A DNA stretch of 36,884 nt from Chloroflexota bacterium (GCA_016202425.1 JACQOS010000210.1:1-36884); one strand, 5' to 3'; positions 1 to 9,587 are shown, counted from the first letter of the stretch. The notes: generated by a model from the sequence alone, not told the origin. Numbers and translations are program-made.

Positions 1-62
1 CCCCTGCCAAAGGGGGGCAAACCCCCTCTGGACTCCCCCAGAAGGAGTTTTGAGACAGGTCA
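1..62. repeat. Partial copy (cut by the window edge) of the modular palindromic intergenic repeat family
   Basis: ccccctctggactccccc and the preceding G/C hairpin match the distal module of the copy at 15984-16134. It lies just downstream of the htrA stop. Confidence 0.6.
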
Positions 63-156
63 CTACTCTGACGACTCCTTCCTGAGGAGCCGGAAGGCAA
101 CCTCCAGGCGGATGTTGTCTTCCACGCTCAGGCCCAGGAGCACCCTGGGCGACGCG

Positions 157-1299
157 CTATCGAGGAGGGCTTGCCAGGGTCTCCGGCCATTCCCCCAGGG
201 CTACGTTGAGCTGAAGCGTCTGTCCCTCGCGGACTACGCTCAAGTCCACGGTATCCCCGGGCTGGACCGTGTTGAAATAGCTGGCAAGCTCCTCCACGGA
301 CCTCACTGCGCGCCCGTCCACCGCCGTGATCACGTCACCCTCCGGTCCGGGTATGCCGCTGGCGTCGGGACCTGCCCCACGCAGCCCCACCGCCGCAGCA
401 GGGCTGCTGGGCGCCACCGTCACAATGTAGATGCCTCGCGAAACGGTTAGACCTAGCTGTTCGGCCAGCTCTTGGGACAACGCTACGCCGCTAATCCCGA
501 GCCAGGGGCGCTTCACCGTTGTGGCTTCCAGGAGCTGCGCCAGGACGCTCTTCGCGGTGTTGATGGGCACTGCGAAGCCAACGCCTGTGGCGCCGTTCGC
601 CGACGCCTCGATGGCGGTGTTGATCCCTATCACTTCGCCCCGCGAGTTGAGCAGGGGACCGCCGGAGTTGCCTGGGTTGATGGAAGCGTCCGTCTGGATT
701 ATGCCCGTGATGGGCCGGCCCAGGGCTCCTGCCCGGCTGCGGTTCACGCCGCTCACGACGCCAACAGTTATGGAGTTCTCCAGCCCGAAGGGACTACCCA
801 GAGCGATAGCCATCTGCCCTGGCTTCGCCGCGTCGGAGTCTCCCAAGGGCAGGGGCGTAATCCCCTCCACGGCCTGGGCCTCCACTTTGAGAAGAGCGAT
901 GTCGTCCGCCGGGCTCGTGCCGGCAACCTGGGCTTCCAGCGTTCGCCCGTCGGAAAGGGCCACTCGTATCTGGGTGGCCGCTTGAATCACGTGGTAGTTG
1001 GTGAGAATGTGGCCTTCCCGGTCCACCAGGAACCCTGAGCCCTGTCCTCGTTGGGGGGCCGCCGACCTGGACCGGCTGGACGCCGGCTGCACGACGCTAA
1101 TCTCCACCGCAGCAGGGCTTGCCCTTTCGTACAGGGACACCACCGCCTCTTCGTCGTAGAGCACCACCGCCGATGCCGTATTGAAGAGGACGCCCGAAAT
1201 CACGGCGCCCGCCGCTCCACTGGCGCCCAGCAACATCACCAGAAGGACCATGATGGACATCCTGGAAAAGCGGGGTGCCCTTGTCGTTGGCCACTCCAT
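157..1299 (-). CDS. htrA: HtrA/DegP-family periplasmic-type serine protease with a C-terminal PDZ domain
   Basis: N-terminal TM/signal segment. Trypsin-fold triad contexts are present: TNYHVI (His), DIALLKV (Asp), GNSGGPLLN (Ser). The C-terminal region is PDZ-like (GIYIVTVAPSSPAA..GDVITAVDG). Confidence 0.93.
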   Translation of the reverse strand: MEWPTTRAPRFSRMSIMVLLVMLLGASGAAGAVISGVLFNTASAVVLYDEEAVVSLYERASPAAVEISVVQPASSRSRSAAPQRGQGSGFLVDREGHILTNYHVIQAATQIRVALSDGRTLEAQVAGTSPADDIALLKVEAQAVEGITPLPLGDSDAAKPGQMAIALGSPFGLENSITVGVVSGVNRSRAGALGRPITGIIQTDASINPGNSGGPLLNSRGEVIGINTAIEASANGATGVGFAVPINTAKSVLAQLLEATTVKRPWLGISGVALSQELAEQLGLTVSRGIYIVTVAPSSPAAAVGLRGAGPDASGIPGPEGDVITAVDGRAVRSVEELASYFNTVQPGDTVDLSVVREGQTLQLNVALGEWPETLASPPR

Positions 1300-1363
1300 T
1301 GCTGTGCCTCCCTCTCGCTATCTCGGTCTGGCCATGCCCTGCTGCCCTGGCACTCGTTCGACG

Positions 1364-1897
1364 CTACGGCGACCGCTGGTCGCGCTGCTGGCGGTCCCCG
1401 AAAAAGAACTCGCCGGCACCCTCAGGGGTAATGAGAACAGACTGGGCCGCAAGGGTGCCGTCCTCACCACGCTGGCCGACCACCGTTACCCGCAGGCCCT
1501 TCGTGAGGTCTTGAAGGGTGCCTTTCGCGAGCTTCTGGATGGTCGTATCGGCGCCGATGGCCGCCCGCAGCGGCCCCTGGGGCGTGTTGACGGTCAACGT
1601 GTTGCCCTGGACGCTCTCAACGGTGCCGGTCAGCCCACCGCCGCCCATGAAGCCAGTCCGGCTCCCCTGGCCGGACTGGCCCTGGAACTGCTGACGGAGC
1701 TGCTGGAGCTGCTCCTGGCTCATCTCGCCCTGGAATTGCTGCCCGGCGCCTGAAGTTGATCGCGCAGGCAGGGCGCTGCTCGCCTCTTTCTTCCCCTGAC
1801 TTTTGCCCATGGCCATGCCACCGGCAAAGGCTCCCCCTATGCTCCCGCCCAGGGCAAGGACGACGACCAGGAGCAGCACAAATGCCTTGGTAGTCAT
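1364..1897 (-). CDS. Secreted or membrane-anchored hypothetical protein: Gln/Gly-rich linker plus a C-terminal small beta domain (DUF5666-like)
   Basis: Signal/TM segment (AFVLLLVVVLALGGSIGGAFA) and a low-complexity Q/G region, then GTVESVQGNTLTVNTPQG..VTVVGQRGEDGTLAAQSV. Co-directional and tightly spaced within the efflux/HtrA block. Confidence 0.6.
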   Translation of the reverse strand: MTTKAFVLLLVVVLALGGSIGGAFAGGMAMGKSQGKKEASSALPARSTSGAGQQFQGEMSQEQLQQLRQQFQGQSGQGSRTGFMGGGGLTGTVESVQGNTLTVNTPQGPLRAAIGADTTIQKLAKGTLQDLTKGLRVTVVGQRGEDGTLAAQSVLITPEGAGEFFFGDRQQRDQRSP

Positions 1898-1924
1898 GCA
1901 GTTCTCCTTTCCGTACTTATCGGC

Positions 1925-3169
1925 CTACTCGTACCGCAGCGCCTCGATGGGGTGCAGCCGCGCCGCCCGCACCGCAGGGTAGATGCCGAAGAAGAGTCCG
2001 ATGGCCGCCGACACGATCAATGCCAGGAGGGCGATGTCACCGCTGAAGGCCGTCCGGAAGGTCTGGCCGACGAGGTTGCGTCCGCTCAGGGCTTGTGACA
2101 GCCCGAACCCCAGCAGGACTCCCAAGCCACCTCCACCCAGGCTCAGCAGCGTCGCCTCCGACACGAACTGGAACAGGACGTCCCGGCGCTTGGCCCCCAT
2201 GGCCTTGCGGATGCCGATCTCCCGGGTGCGCTCCGTCACCGAGACCAGCATGATGTTCATGATGCCGATGCCGCCCACCAGCAAGGAGATGCTGGCAATG
2301 GCACCGAGGAACACCACGAAGGTGTTGGTGGTCTCTTCCAGGGTCTCGATGGTCTCCTGCTGGCTGCTTACGTTGAAGTCGTCCTCGCCGGTGATCCGGT
2401 GTCTTAGGCGCAGCACCGTGGCGATCTCCTGCACCGCGCTGCCCATGGCGTCGCCGCTGCGTACCTGCACGTTGACCGTCTGGACATTGACGCCGCCCTG
2501 GGCCGTACGTTGCGAGACGAGGCGGTAGTACGCCGTGGTGATGGGCACCAGCACCTGGTCGTCGAAGAGTCCCTGGGCACCACCGCCCTGGCTCTTGAGC
2601 ACCCCGATGACGGTGAACTGCCGCCCGTTGATCCTCACCGTCTGGCCCACGGGGTCCCGGAAGCCAAAGAGCGTCTCCGATACCCTCGACCCCAGGACGA
2701 CCACTTCAGAGCGATTGTCTACCTGCCCCCAGGTAACGAACTGGCCTGAGGCAGCGGGAACATTCCGCACGAACCGGTACTCGGGGGTCACGCCCACCAC
2801 CTGGGTGAAGGTGTTCTTGCTACCGGCCACCACCTGGCCCGTGGAACGAAGCTCAGGGGCCACGGCTGCCACCGAAGGCGCGTACACGGGGTCCAGGATG
2901 GCGAAGGCATCGTCTAGCGTCAGGGTGGAGGCGCTTCCCAGCCCGCCGAAGACACCTCCCTGGCTCGATGCTCCTGGCCGCACAAAGAGCAGGTTGGTCC
3001 CCAGGGCCTCGATGTTGGCGGTAATGGCGCGCTGGGCGCCCCTGCCGATGGCCATGAGGGAGATCACCGCCGCCACCCCAATGACAATGCCCAGGAGGGT
3101 GAGGCCGGACCGGAGCTTGTTCGCTCCCAGGGACGACAGGGCGGTGTAGAGGGTCCTCAGGGGGTTCAC
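1925..3169 (-). CDS. ABC transporter permease, MacB/FtsX family
   Basis: N-terminal TM helix, a large extracytoplasmic MacB_PCD-like domain, and a C-terminal FtsX-type 3-TM bundle ending AARLHPIEALRYE. Overlaps the upstream ATPase gene by 4 nt. Confidence 0.9.
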   Translation of the reverse strand: MNPLRTLYTALSSLGANKLRSGLTLLGIVIGVAAVISLMAIGRGAQRAITANIEALGTNLLFVRPGASSQGGVFGGLGSASTLTLDDAFAILDPVYAPSVAAVAPELRSTGQVVAGSKNTFTQVVGVTPEYRFVRNVPAASGQFVTWGQVDNRSEVVVLGSRVSETLFGFRDPVGQTVRINGRQFTVIGVLKSQGGGAQGLFDDQVLVPITTAYYRLVSQRTAQGGVNVQTVNVQVRSGDAMGSAVQEIATVLRLRHRITGEDDFNVSSQQETIETLEETTNTFVVFLGAIASISLLVGGIGIMNIMLVSVTERTREIGIRKAMGAKRRDVLFQFVSEATLLSLGGGGLGVLLGFGLSQALSGRNLVGQTFRTAFSGDIALLALIVSAAIGLFFGIYPAVRAARLHPIEALRYE

Positions 3170-3888
3170 TGGCCTCGCTCCATCCCCTGGCCGTCCGAAG
3201 CGGCCTGGCGAGGTTCTTTGACAGGCTCGTCCCTCACCACTCGCCCGTCCCGCATAGAGACGACCCTCTTAGTGTGAGCGGCGATGTCGGCCTCGTGGGT
3301 CACGATGACCACCGTGAGCCCTTCTTCCCGGTTCAGCCGCTGGAGAATGACGAGGATCTCGTAGCTGGACCGGCTGTCCAGGTTCCCCGTGGGCTCGTCC
3401 GCCAGGAGGATGGAGGGGTTCTTGACCAGCGCCCGGGCGATGCCCACTCGCTGTTGCTCTCCTCCCGACAGCTCGGCCGGGCGGTGGCGAGCCCGGTGTC
3501 CGAGTCCCACCCTCTCCAGGGCCCCCAGCGCTCGCTTCCTGGCGTCATGCCCGTTGCCGTAGAGCAGAGGCAGCTCCACGTTGGCCAGGGCGGTGAGGCG
3601 CGGCAGGAGGTTGTAGGTCTGGAAGACGAAGCCGATCTTGCGGTTGCGTATCTCCGCCAGCCGGTCGTCTCCCAGGCGTCCCACCTCTGCCCCTTGCAGG
3701 ACATACCTTCCCGAGGTTGGCACGTCAAGACAGCCGAGGACGTTCATCAGGGTCGACTTGCCGGACCCGGAAGGGCCCATGATGGAGAGCATCTCGCCCT
3801 GCTGGACGCTCAAGCTGACGCCCTGGAGGGCGGGGACCTGCACCCTGCCCATGCGGTAGACCTTGGTCACGTTCTCCAGTTCGATCAA
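3166..3888 (-). CDS. ABC transporter ATP-binding protein (MacB/LolD-type)
   Basis: Walker [10 protein letters not shown], signature LSGGEQQR, Walker [10 protein letters not shown]-loop VTHE. The track ORF runs to 4086, but that extension overlaps the adaptor gene and is Arg/Ser-rich junk. An in-frame TTG at 3888 gives [11 protein letters not shown], a typical N-terminus. Confidence 0.88.
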   Translation of the reverse strand: MIELENVTKVYRMGRVQVPALQGVSLSVQQGEMLSIMGPSGSGKSTLMNVLGCLDVPTSGRYVLQGAEVGRLGDDRLAEIRNRKIGFVFQTYNLLPRLTALANVELPLLYGNGHDARKRALGALERVGLGHRARHRPAELSGGEQQRVGIARALVKNPSILLADEPTGNLDSRSSYEILVILQRLNREEGLTVVIVTHEADIAAHTKRVVSMRDGRVVRDEPVKEPRQAASDGQGMERGQ

Positions 3889-3895
3889 GGCCCAC

Positions 3896-5698
3896 CTACC
3901 TTTGTGCCCGAGGCGTCGGTTGGGCTCGTTGGCCAGTCCCGCCCGTACCCTGTCGCTGGCCTTGCCCTCCCGGCGCCTGGAAGACCTCTCTGCCGGAGAG
4001 CTGGCCCTGGAACCCGCGCATAGCCTGGCCGAAACCCAACTGGCTCGTGGTTGCCGCCTGGGCCTCCATGACCACCTGCTCCCCATCGGCCAGGCCCTGG
4101 CGGACCGCCACCCAGTAGTCGTCGCTGTTGCCCAACACCACGGGCCGCTCCTCGACCCGCCCGTTGGTCATCACCCGCACCACGGGCTGGTCAAAGGTGC
4201 CGTACAGGGCCTGGATGGGTACCAGCAGGACGTTGTTCTCTTGGCGGATGACGATGCTGGCCGTGGCACTCAGGCCCTCCCGGAGCTCCACGCCCTGGGG
4301 GACCTGGACCTGAATGCGTATGGGATAGCTCACGACCCCCTGCTGGCTCCGGGCTGCGGAGGCGATGGTAGAGACGGATGCCCGAAGCACCTGGCCGGGC
4401 AGGGCGTCCATGGTCACGGCAGCCTCGGCCCCTTGGCGCACGAACAACACGTCGATCTCATTCACGATACCGTCCAGCTCCACCACCGTCGGGTCCACGA
4501 CTTCGGCGATGACGGCGTTGGCGTTGACCGTTTGCCCGGCCACCACGCCCACGGCGGAGACGGTTCCGGCCATGGTAGCCCTGAGGGTCGCGCCCTCCAG
4601 CCGCTGGACGGCTGTCTCGAGGGCCACCCGCGCCGAGGTGACCTCAGCTTCTCGGAGGGCCACGTCGAGGGGGTCAGGGCCTGTCTGGAGGTCCGCCAGC
4701 GCCTGCTCCGCCGCGGCAAGGCTGTCCTTGGCCCGCGCTAGAGCGCTCTCCGCGCTGGCGATGGCCTTCGCCGCCTGGGTCTGCACGGTATCCAGACTGT
4801 CCCGCTCCTTCTCATAGGCATCCCAGGCGTTGTCCATCTCCTTCTTGATACAGGCACCTTGGGGAGGGACGACGCCATTCTCACAGGTGGGTAGTATGGA
4901 ACCGGGGAACATATTGAGCCAGACATACACCACAGGCTCGCTCCACGGTGTGGCAGGAGCATCGGGCGGAGAGCCCACAACGAGCCATCCCATCCCGATG
5001 TCCTGGAACCGCCGGTCGGGGGCGAAGAGCACCGTCAGGTCAACCTTCCAGGAGCCCAGGAGAGTCTCTGGGGCCATGTCCACCTGGTCTTTGCTCAACT
5101 CGATCCCCAGCCACTTCGCGAACACTCGGCCGTAGCCGTCCTTGGCAGTGGTGACGGCCTCCTGGGCTGTCTGCAACTTGCTGGTCCAGTCCTTCTGGGC
5201 GAGCTTCAAGTCCCTCTCGGCATTGGCCAGGGAGGTCTTGGCGGAGTCCACCTGCAACTGGGCCCTGGCGACATCGTCGGGCGTGTAAGGGGCCTTCTCC
5301 TTGGCGAGGGCCTCTTCAGCATTGCGCAGGTTCACCCGTGCCTGGGCTACCGCCCTCTCCAGGGACGCCACTGTCGCCGCGTCCAGCCTGGCGATGACCT
5401 CCCCTGCCTTCACCTGCGTTCCTTCCTGCACCAGCAGCTCCCCCACGGTGCCCTGGGTACCGAAGGTGAGCTCTATCCGGTTGGGGAACATTAAGCTCCC
5501 GTTGGTGGAGACCTGATTCACCAGGTTCCCGTACCGCACCGGGATGAGCTGCTGGTTCTCACCTGTTCTGGTACGGCCCGGGCCAGCGGCCAGGGCGTAC
5601 ACCCCGTAGGCGCCGCCCACGGCCCCTACCAGCACGGCGGCCAGCACGCCGACTTGCCACAACTTCAAGGTCTTGAACGTGTCCAGAACGCCTCCCAT
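3896..5698 (-). CDS. HlyD/MacA-family periplasmic adaptor (membrane fusion protein), unusually long
   Basis: N-terminal TM segment. Lipoyl half-motifs (VKAGEVIARLD; ATMAGTVSAV), a long coiled-coil hairpin, beta-barrel and membrane-proximal domains, and a Gly/Gln-rich tail. Confidence 0.85.
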   Translation of the reverse strand: MGGVLDTFKTLKLWQVGVLAAVLVGAVGGAYGVYALAAGPGRTRTGENQQLIPVRYGNLVNQVSTNGSLMFPNRIELTFGTQGTVGELLVQEGTQVKAGEVIARLDAATVASLERAVAQARVNLRNAEEALAKEKAPYTPDDVARAQLQVDSAKTSLANAERDLKLAQKDWTSKLQTAQEAVTTAKDGYGRVFAKWLGIELSKDQVDMAPETLLGSWKVDLTVLFAPDRRFQDIGMGWLVVGSPPDAPATPWSEPVVYVWLNMFPGSILPTCENGVVPPQGACIKKEMDNAWDAYEKERDSLDTVQTQAAKAIASAESALARAKDSLAAAEQALADLQTGPDPLDVALREAEVTSARVALETAVQRLEGATLRATMAGTVSAVGVVAGQTVNANAVIAEVVDPTVVELDGIVNEIDVLFVRQGAEAAVTMDALPGQVLRASVSTIASAARSQQGVVSYPIRIQVQVPQGVELREGLSATASIVIRQENNVLLVPIQALYGTFDQPVVRVMTNGRVEERPVVLGNSDDYWVAVRQGLADGEQVVMEAQAATTSQLGFGQAMRGFQGQLSGREVFQAPGGQGQRQGTGGTGQRAQPTPRAQR

Positions 5699-5704
5699 GG
5701 CTTC

Positions 5705-7087
5705 TTACCCCCTGTGCTCGTGAGTGCTGCCTGGTGCCGACAGTGGCAGCTCGAAAACGAATCGGCTCCCCTTTCCCGGGGTGCTCTCGGCGCGGATGGT
5801 GCCCCCGTGGGCCTCCACCAGTTGTCTGGCGATGGTGAGCCCTAGGCCGACGCCCCCTGTGGCCCGGCTCCGCGATGGATCAACGCGGAAGAACCGCTCG
5901 AACACATGGGGGAGGAGATCTGGAGGAATGCCTTCCCCGGTGTCGGCGACGGTGACCGTGGCGCTGGGCCCTGCCACTTCCGCCGTGATGGTCACCTGGC
6001 CAGCCTCTGGAGTGTGAAGGACGGCGTTTTCCAGCAGGTTACCCACCACCTGGGCGATGCGCCTTCTGTCCATCTCAACCAGAGGAAAATCGGGCGGGAC
6101 ATCGAGAGCAATGGTGACGCCCTTGGCCTCTGCGCGGGGCCGCATGGCTTCCGCCGTCTTGCGAAGCACCTCTACCATGGAGTCCGGCTCGCGGTTCAGG
6201 CGTAGCGCTCCCGCCTCCGCCAGGGCCAGCAGTCTCAGGTCCTCCACCAGGTGCGCTAGCTGCAACACCTGCTGGTAGACAGTGTCAATGGTGGCGCTGT
6301 CGGGCTGCAGGAGGCCGTCCTTCACCGCCTCCAGGTAGCCCTGGATGTTGGAGAGCGGCGTTCTCAGCTCATGGGCCACATCGGCGACCAGATTGCGGCG
6401 CTGCCGCTCCGCCTTCTGCAAGCTGTCCGCCATGGTGTTGAAGGTACGGGCCAGCTCGCCGACCTCGTCGCGGCCCGGGGCCTGCACCCTCCTGGCCAGG
6501 TCGCCCTGGCCGAGGCTCCGTGCCGCCGAGCCCAGGAGCCGCACCGGAGCCAAGACCCGGCGGGCCATCAGGGAGACCAGCAAGATTCCGGTTGCCCCCG
6601 CCGCCAGACCGGTCCAGAGGAGGGACCGGTTCACTGCCGACACCAGTCGAGACAAGGGAGGCTCTGGAGCTATTTCCGGGGCGTCGCTGGGAGCGATGGC
6701 AAGAGAGCCTACCTGGCTGCCTTCGCTGAGGACGGGAAAGAGCTGGCCCCCTTGCCTGGCCTGTCTCCAGGGTCTGCCAAACTGTAGGTGAGAATCGCCG
6801 AGCACCCGCCCCTCCCGGTCCGTGACTACGATGCGCCATCCATACAGGGCGCCGGCCTGCTCGATGGCAGGTTGAAGGTCGGTCCAACCGCGCCGGGCTG
6901 AGTAGTACCGCTCGACGATCTGCTCGATACGGGCAGCCCGGCTCTCCGCCATCTGTCGCTGGAAGCGGTCTGCTTCTCGCTGCGCGGCGACCCCCACGTA
7001 CCAACTGATGCTCCCCAGAGCCAAGACCAGCGCGAGCGTGAAGCCCAGGACCAGACGGAACTGGAGACCGAAGAACCAGCTAGGCAT
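5705..7087 (-). CDS. Sensor histidine kinase (2 TM helices, HAMP, HisKA, HATPase_c)
   Basis: H-box VAHELRTPLSNIQGYLE, N-box NLLENAVLHT, G1 DTGEGI, G2 GGVGLGLTIA. A HAMP-like segment follows the second TM helix. Confidence 0.93.
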   Translation of the reverse strand: MPSWFFGLQFRLVLGFTLALVLALGSISWYVGVAAQREADRFQRQMAESRAARIEQIVERYYSARRGWTDLQPAIEQAGALYGWRIVVTDREGRVLGDSHLQFGRPWRQARQGGQLFPVLSEGSQVGSLAIAPSDAPEIAPEPPLSRLVSAVNRSLLWTGLAAGATGILLVSLMARRVLAPVRLLGSAARSLGQGDLARRVQAPGRDEVGELARTFNTMADSLQKAERQRRNLVADVAHELRTPLSNIQGYLEAVKDGLLQPDSATIDTVYQQVLQLAHLVEDLRLLALAEAGALRLNREPDSMVEVLRKTAEAMRPRAEAKGVTIALDVPPDFPLVEMDRRRIAQVVGNLLENAVLHTPEAGQVTITAEVAGPSATVTVADTGEGIPPDLLPHVFERFFRVDPSRSRATGGVGLGLTIARQLVEAHGGTIRAESTPGKGSRFVFELPLSAPGSTHEHRG

Positions 7088-7775
7088 CGCCGAACCTGTA
7101 GCCTACGCCGTAGACGGCGTGAATATAGCGGGGCCTCTGCGGGTCTGCCTCGAGCTTCCGGCGGAGGTTGGAGACGTGAGCGTCCACCGTTCTATCGAAG
7201 CCGTCGAAGTCCTCGCCAAACACCCTGTCCATGATCTCCTGCCTGGTGAAGGTCCTGCCCGGCTGGCGCAGGAGCAAGACCAGCAGCCGGAACTCGGTGG
7301 GCGTAAGACGCACTGGTGTCGCCCCGACGCGCACTGCTCGGTGGCGGAGGTCTGCCGTGATGTTCCCATGCCGTAGCTCGGCAGGCCCCCGGTCCACGGC
7401 GCCGGTCGCTGTTCGCCGCAGCACCGCCCGGATCCGCGCTGCCAGTTCCCTGGGGCTGAAGGGCTTGGCGACGTAGTCATCGGCTCCCAGGTCCAGGCCC
7501 ACCAGGCGGTCGTCCTCCTCGACCCGGGCCGTGAGCATGACTATGGGCACGTCCGACTCCTCTCTCAAGATGCGGCACACCTCCATACCATCCAGGCCCG
7601 GCAACATCAGGTCCAGGACCACCAGGTCCGGGTGGGCTTCCCGGGCCAGGCGCAGCCCTTCGGGGCCGTCGGAAGCGATCAGCACCTTGTGGCCATCGCG
7701 GCCCAGGTACAGGCGCACCAACTCGACGGTGTTGGGGTCGTCCTCCACTATCAGGACCGTGCTCGCCATCTCCAT
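7080..7775 (-). CDS. OmpR/PhoB-family response regulator (receiver plus winged-helix DNA-binding domain)
   Basis: Receiver domain: VLIVEDD, DLVVLDLMLPGLDG, YVAKPF. The C-terminal trans_reg_C region ends YIHAVYGVGYRF. Overlaps the kinase gene by 8 nt. Confidence 0.93.
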   Translation of the reverse strand: MEMASTVLIVEDDPNTVELVRLYLGRDGHKVLIASDGPEGLRLAREAHPDLVVLDLMLPGLDGMEVCRILREESDVPIVMLTARVEEDDRLVGLDLGADDYVAKPFSPRELAARIRAVLRRTATGAVDRGPAELRHGNITADLRHRAVRVGATPVRLTPTEFRLLVLLLRQPGRTFTRQEIMDRVFGEDFDGFDRTVDAHVSNLRRKLEADPQRPRYIHAVYGVGYRFGDA

Positions 7776-7822
7776 TGCCTCGGAGTCACTGCCGTAGCCC
7801 GCCTCGGTACCGCATGGAAGCA

Positions 7823-7845
7823 GGGACGGGGCAAGGCCCCGTCCC
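7823..7845 (-). terminator. GC-rich hairpin about 25 nt downstream of the 7870-8313 gene (candidate intrinsic terminator)
   Basis: gggacgggg / ccccgtccc arms form a 9-10 bp perfect stem with a short loop. The U-tract is weak on the transcribed strand. Confidence 0.45.
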
Positions 7846-7869
7846 TCGATTCTATCCGGGTCCCGCGCC

Positions 7870-8313
7870 TCAGAACGAGGTGGTCCCGGAACTCTGCGGA
7901 GTGGGAGTCGGGGCAGCCATGTGGTTGAATCCCTTGCCTCCCCACATCCAGCCGCCGCGGTGGAACCCGTGCCCTCGGAACCCGGGGAACGGAAACCCGG
8001 GAGAGAGGGCTTCGGGCCGGGACTGGTACCACGTCTTGATCTGGTCCGCCTGCTCCCGCGTCAGCCTGCCCTGCTCCACCATGCGGTCCAGCTTCTGCTG
8101 GAGGGCTTCGTCCTCCATCTCCTTGGCTGCCTGCTTGAAGGCGCCCTGGACTTTGGCCTCGTCCAGGCCCAATATAGCGGCCACTCGCGAGACGAAGCTG
8201 TTCAGGGGCGAGCCTCCGCCCGAGTCGCCACTCTGCGCCAGAACGGTGCCGCCCGTGATGCCGAGGGCCAGGACCCCCGCAAGCAGACCTAGAAAGAGCC
8301 AGCGTCTTTTCAT
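7870..8313 (-). CDS. Small secreted Spy/CpxP-like protein (LTXXQ motif)
   Basis: Signal peptide (RRWLFLGLLAGVLALGITGGTVLAQ), a helical core containing GRLTREQADQIK (LTXXQ), and a Gly/aromatic-rich tail. RBS GGAGG lies upstream of the ATG. Confidence 0.6.
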   Translation of the reverse strand: MKRRWLFLGLLAGVLALGITGGTVLAQSGDSGGGSPLNSFVSRVAAILGLDEAKVQGAFKQAAKEMEDEALQQKLDRMVEQGRLTREQADQIKTWYQSRPEALSPGFPFPGFRGHGFHRGGWMWGGKGFNHMAAPTPTPQSSGTTSF

Positions 8314-8351
8314 GTCTCCAACCTCCTATCTCGTGCCTCGCTCCTGCATCC

Positions 8352-8385
8352 TTTATAACGCAAGACTTTGAAGAAAGTTTGAAGA
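8352..8385 (-). promoter_or_regulatory. Candidate response-regulator box: two 8-bp direct repeats at 11-bp phasing, next to a -10-like TATAAA
   Basis: The minus strand reads TCTTCAAA-ctt-TCTTCAAA-gtcttgcgt-TATAAA (repeats at 8367-8374 and 8378-8385). This is pho-box-like geometry directly upstream of the LTXXQ gene. Confidence 0.45.
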
Positions 8386-8554
8386 GGCTGGCTGCCGTGG
8401 GACGCGTTGGACGTTCGAACGTGCAGCGGCGGGGTTGGCACGAGGTGACGTTGGGTGATCATGGGAAGGGCTTCGGGGTGTGTCTCATGGCGGGTCAACA
8501 CCAGAGGTTCGGAGAACGCCGACTCGGTCTGGCCGAAGCTTCCCCGGCGGGTCC

Positions 8555-9451
8555 TTACGGCGGCTTGAACCCCACCAGGCGCGCGGTAACCAGCAGCCGG
8601 TAGTCGTAGGTGATGGGAGGGACGCAGGTGACCAGGGTGAGGATGGGCTGGTCCGAGGGGTAGAGCCACAGCTCGGTCCCGTGGACGACTCTGGTCTCCG
8701 CCACTTCATAAAGGTAGCTGCCCAGGGAGCTCTCCAGGAACACGTACACTCGCTGGCCCCGGCGCAGGACCTCGGGAACCTTGGGGAGGTCCTGGAACAC
8801 TGCCCCCTCGTTCCGGATGCGGCTTTCCAGGTGGCCGAAAAGCCAGTTGTTCCCCACTTCTCCGGGACCGGCGCTCTGGGGGATGTGGCCGACGACGAAC
8901 TTGGGGGTCTCGTACTCACGGTCGTCGCCCAGGTTGACGATGGCCAGGTTACGGACCTCGGCCTCCAGCTCTATGGCGGGGATGCGTATCCGGGTGGCTG
9001 GGGGGAGCGACCCCATGGGGGCGGGAGCGAACTGGCCCAGAGGCAGGAAGCCTTCGACCCCTGCCTCCAGGGGCACGGGCACTTCGGCCACGGCCCAGGG
9101 CTGGGCCCAGGAGTAGAAAGGCAGGTACTCCCCCGGGTACAGGCGAAGACTGCCAGCGTCTGGGGATGGGGAGGCGGAGGCTTGGGGGCGCAGCCACGCC
9201 AGGGTCAGCGGCTTTTGCGCCGCTCCCGTGGCCCCGCCAGGCGTGGGAGGCGTGTAGACGAGGGACTCCAGCCCTTTCGTGGCGACCCACGAGTACAGGA
9301 AGTACCCACCCCCAACGAGGAGGAGCAGGGCCCCCGCAACGACCATGCCGAGGGCGACGCCCCCCGGGGCGCGGCGCTTTCGGGAAGAGCGGGACACCAT
9401 CGTCATCGCGGGCCGGATAAGCGCCCTCCGGCAGGGCCCCTGGCCTCCCAT
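8555..9451 (-). CDS. Sortase-family transpeptidase (membrane anchored)
   Basis: N-terminal TM anchor, His context NNWLFGHL, catalytic Cys motif LTLVTCVPP, downstream Arg (VTARL). The start is uncertain (9451 or the ATG at 9406). Confidence 0.8.
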   Translation of the reverse strand: MGGQGPCRRALIRPAMTMVSRSSRKRRAPGGVALGMVVAGALLLLVGGGYFLYSWVATKGLESLVYTPPTPGGATGAAQKPLTLAWLRPQASASPSPDAGSLRLYPGEYLPFYSWAQPWAVAEVPVPLEAGVEGFLPLGQFAPAPMGSLPPATRIRIPAIELEAEVRNLAIVNLGDDREYETPKFVVGHIPQSAGPGEVGNNWLFGHLESRIRNEGAVFQDLPKVPEVLRRGQRVYVFLESSLGSYLYEVAETRVVHGTELWLYPSDQPILTLVTCVPPITYDYRLLVTARLVGFKPP

Positions 9452-9587
9452 CGCCTCTCCATCTCCCTTGCGACGATCAGGGAGCCAGGGTCAGCCCAAG
9501 GTCTCATGGTGGGGCCGGCTTCTGACCCCTTCTCTCGTGCGGCGCCGCCGCATCCTGAAGAGCTGCTGGAAGGCCAGGGCGCTGGCT

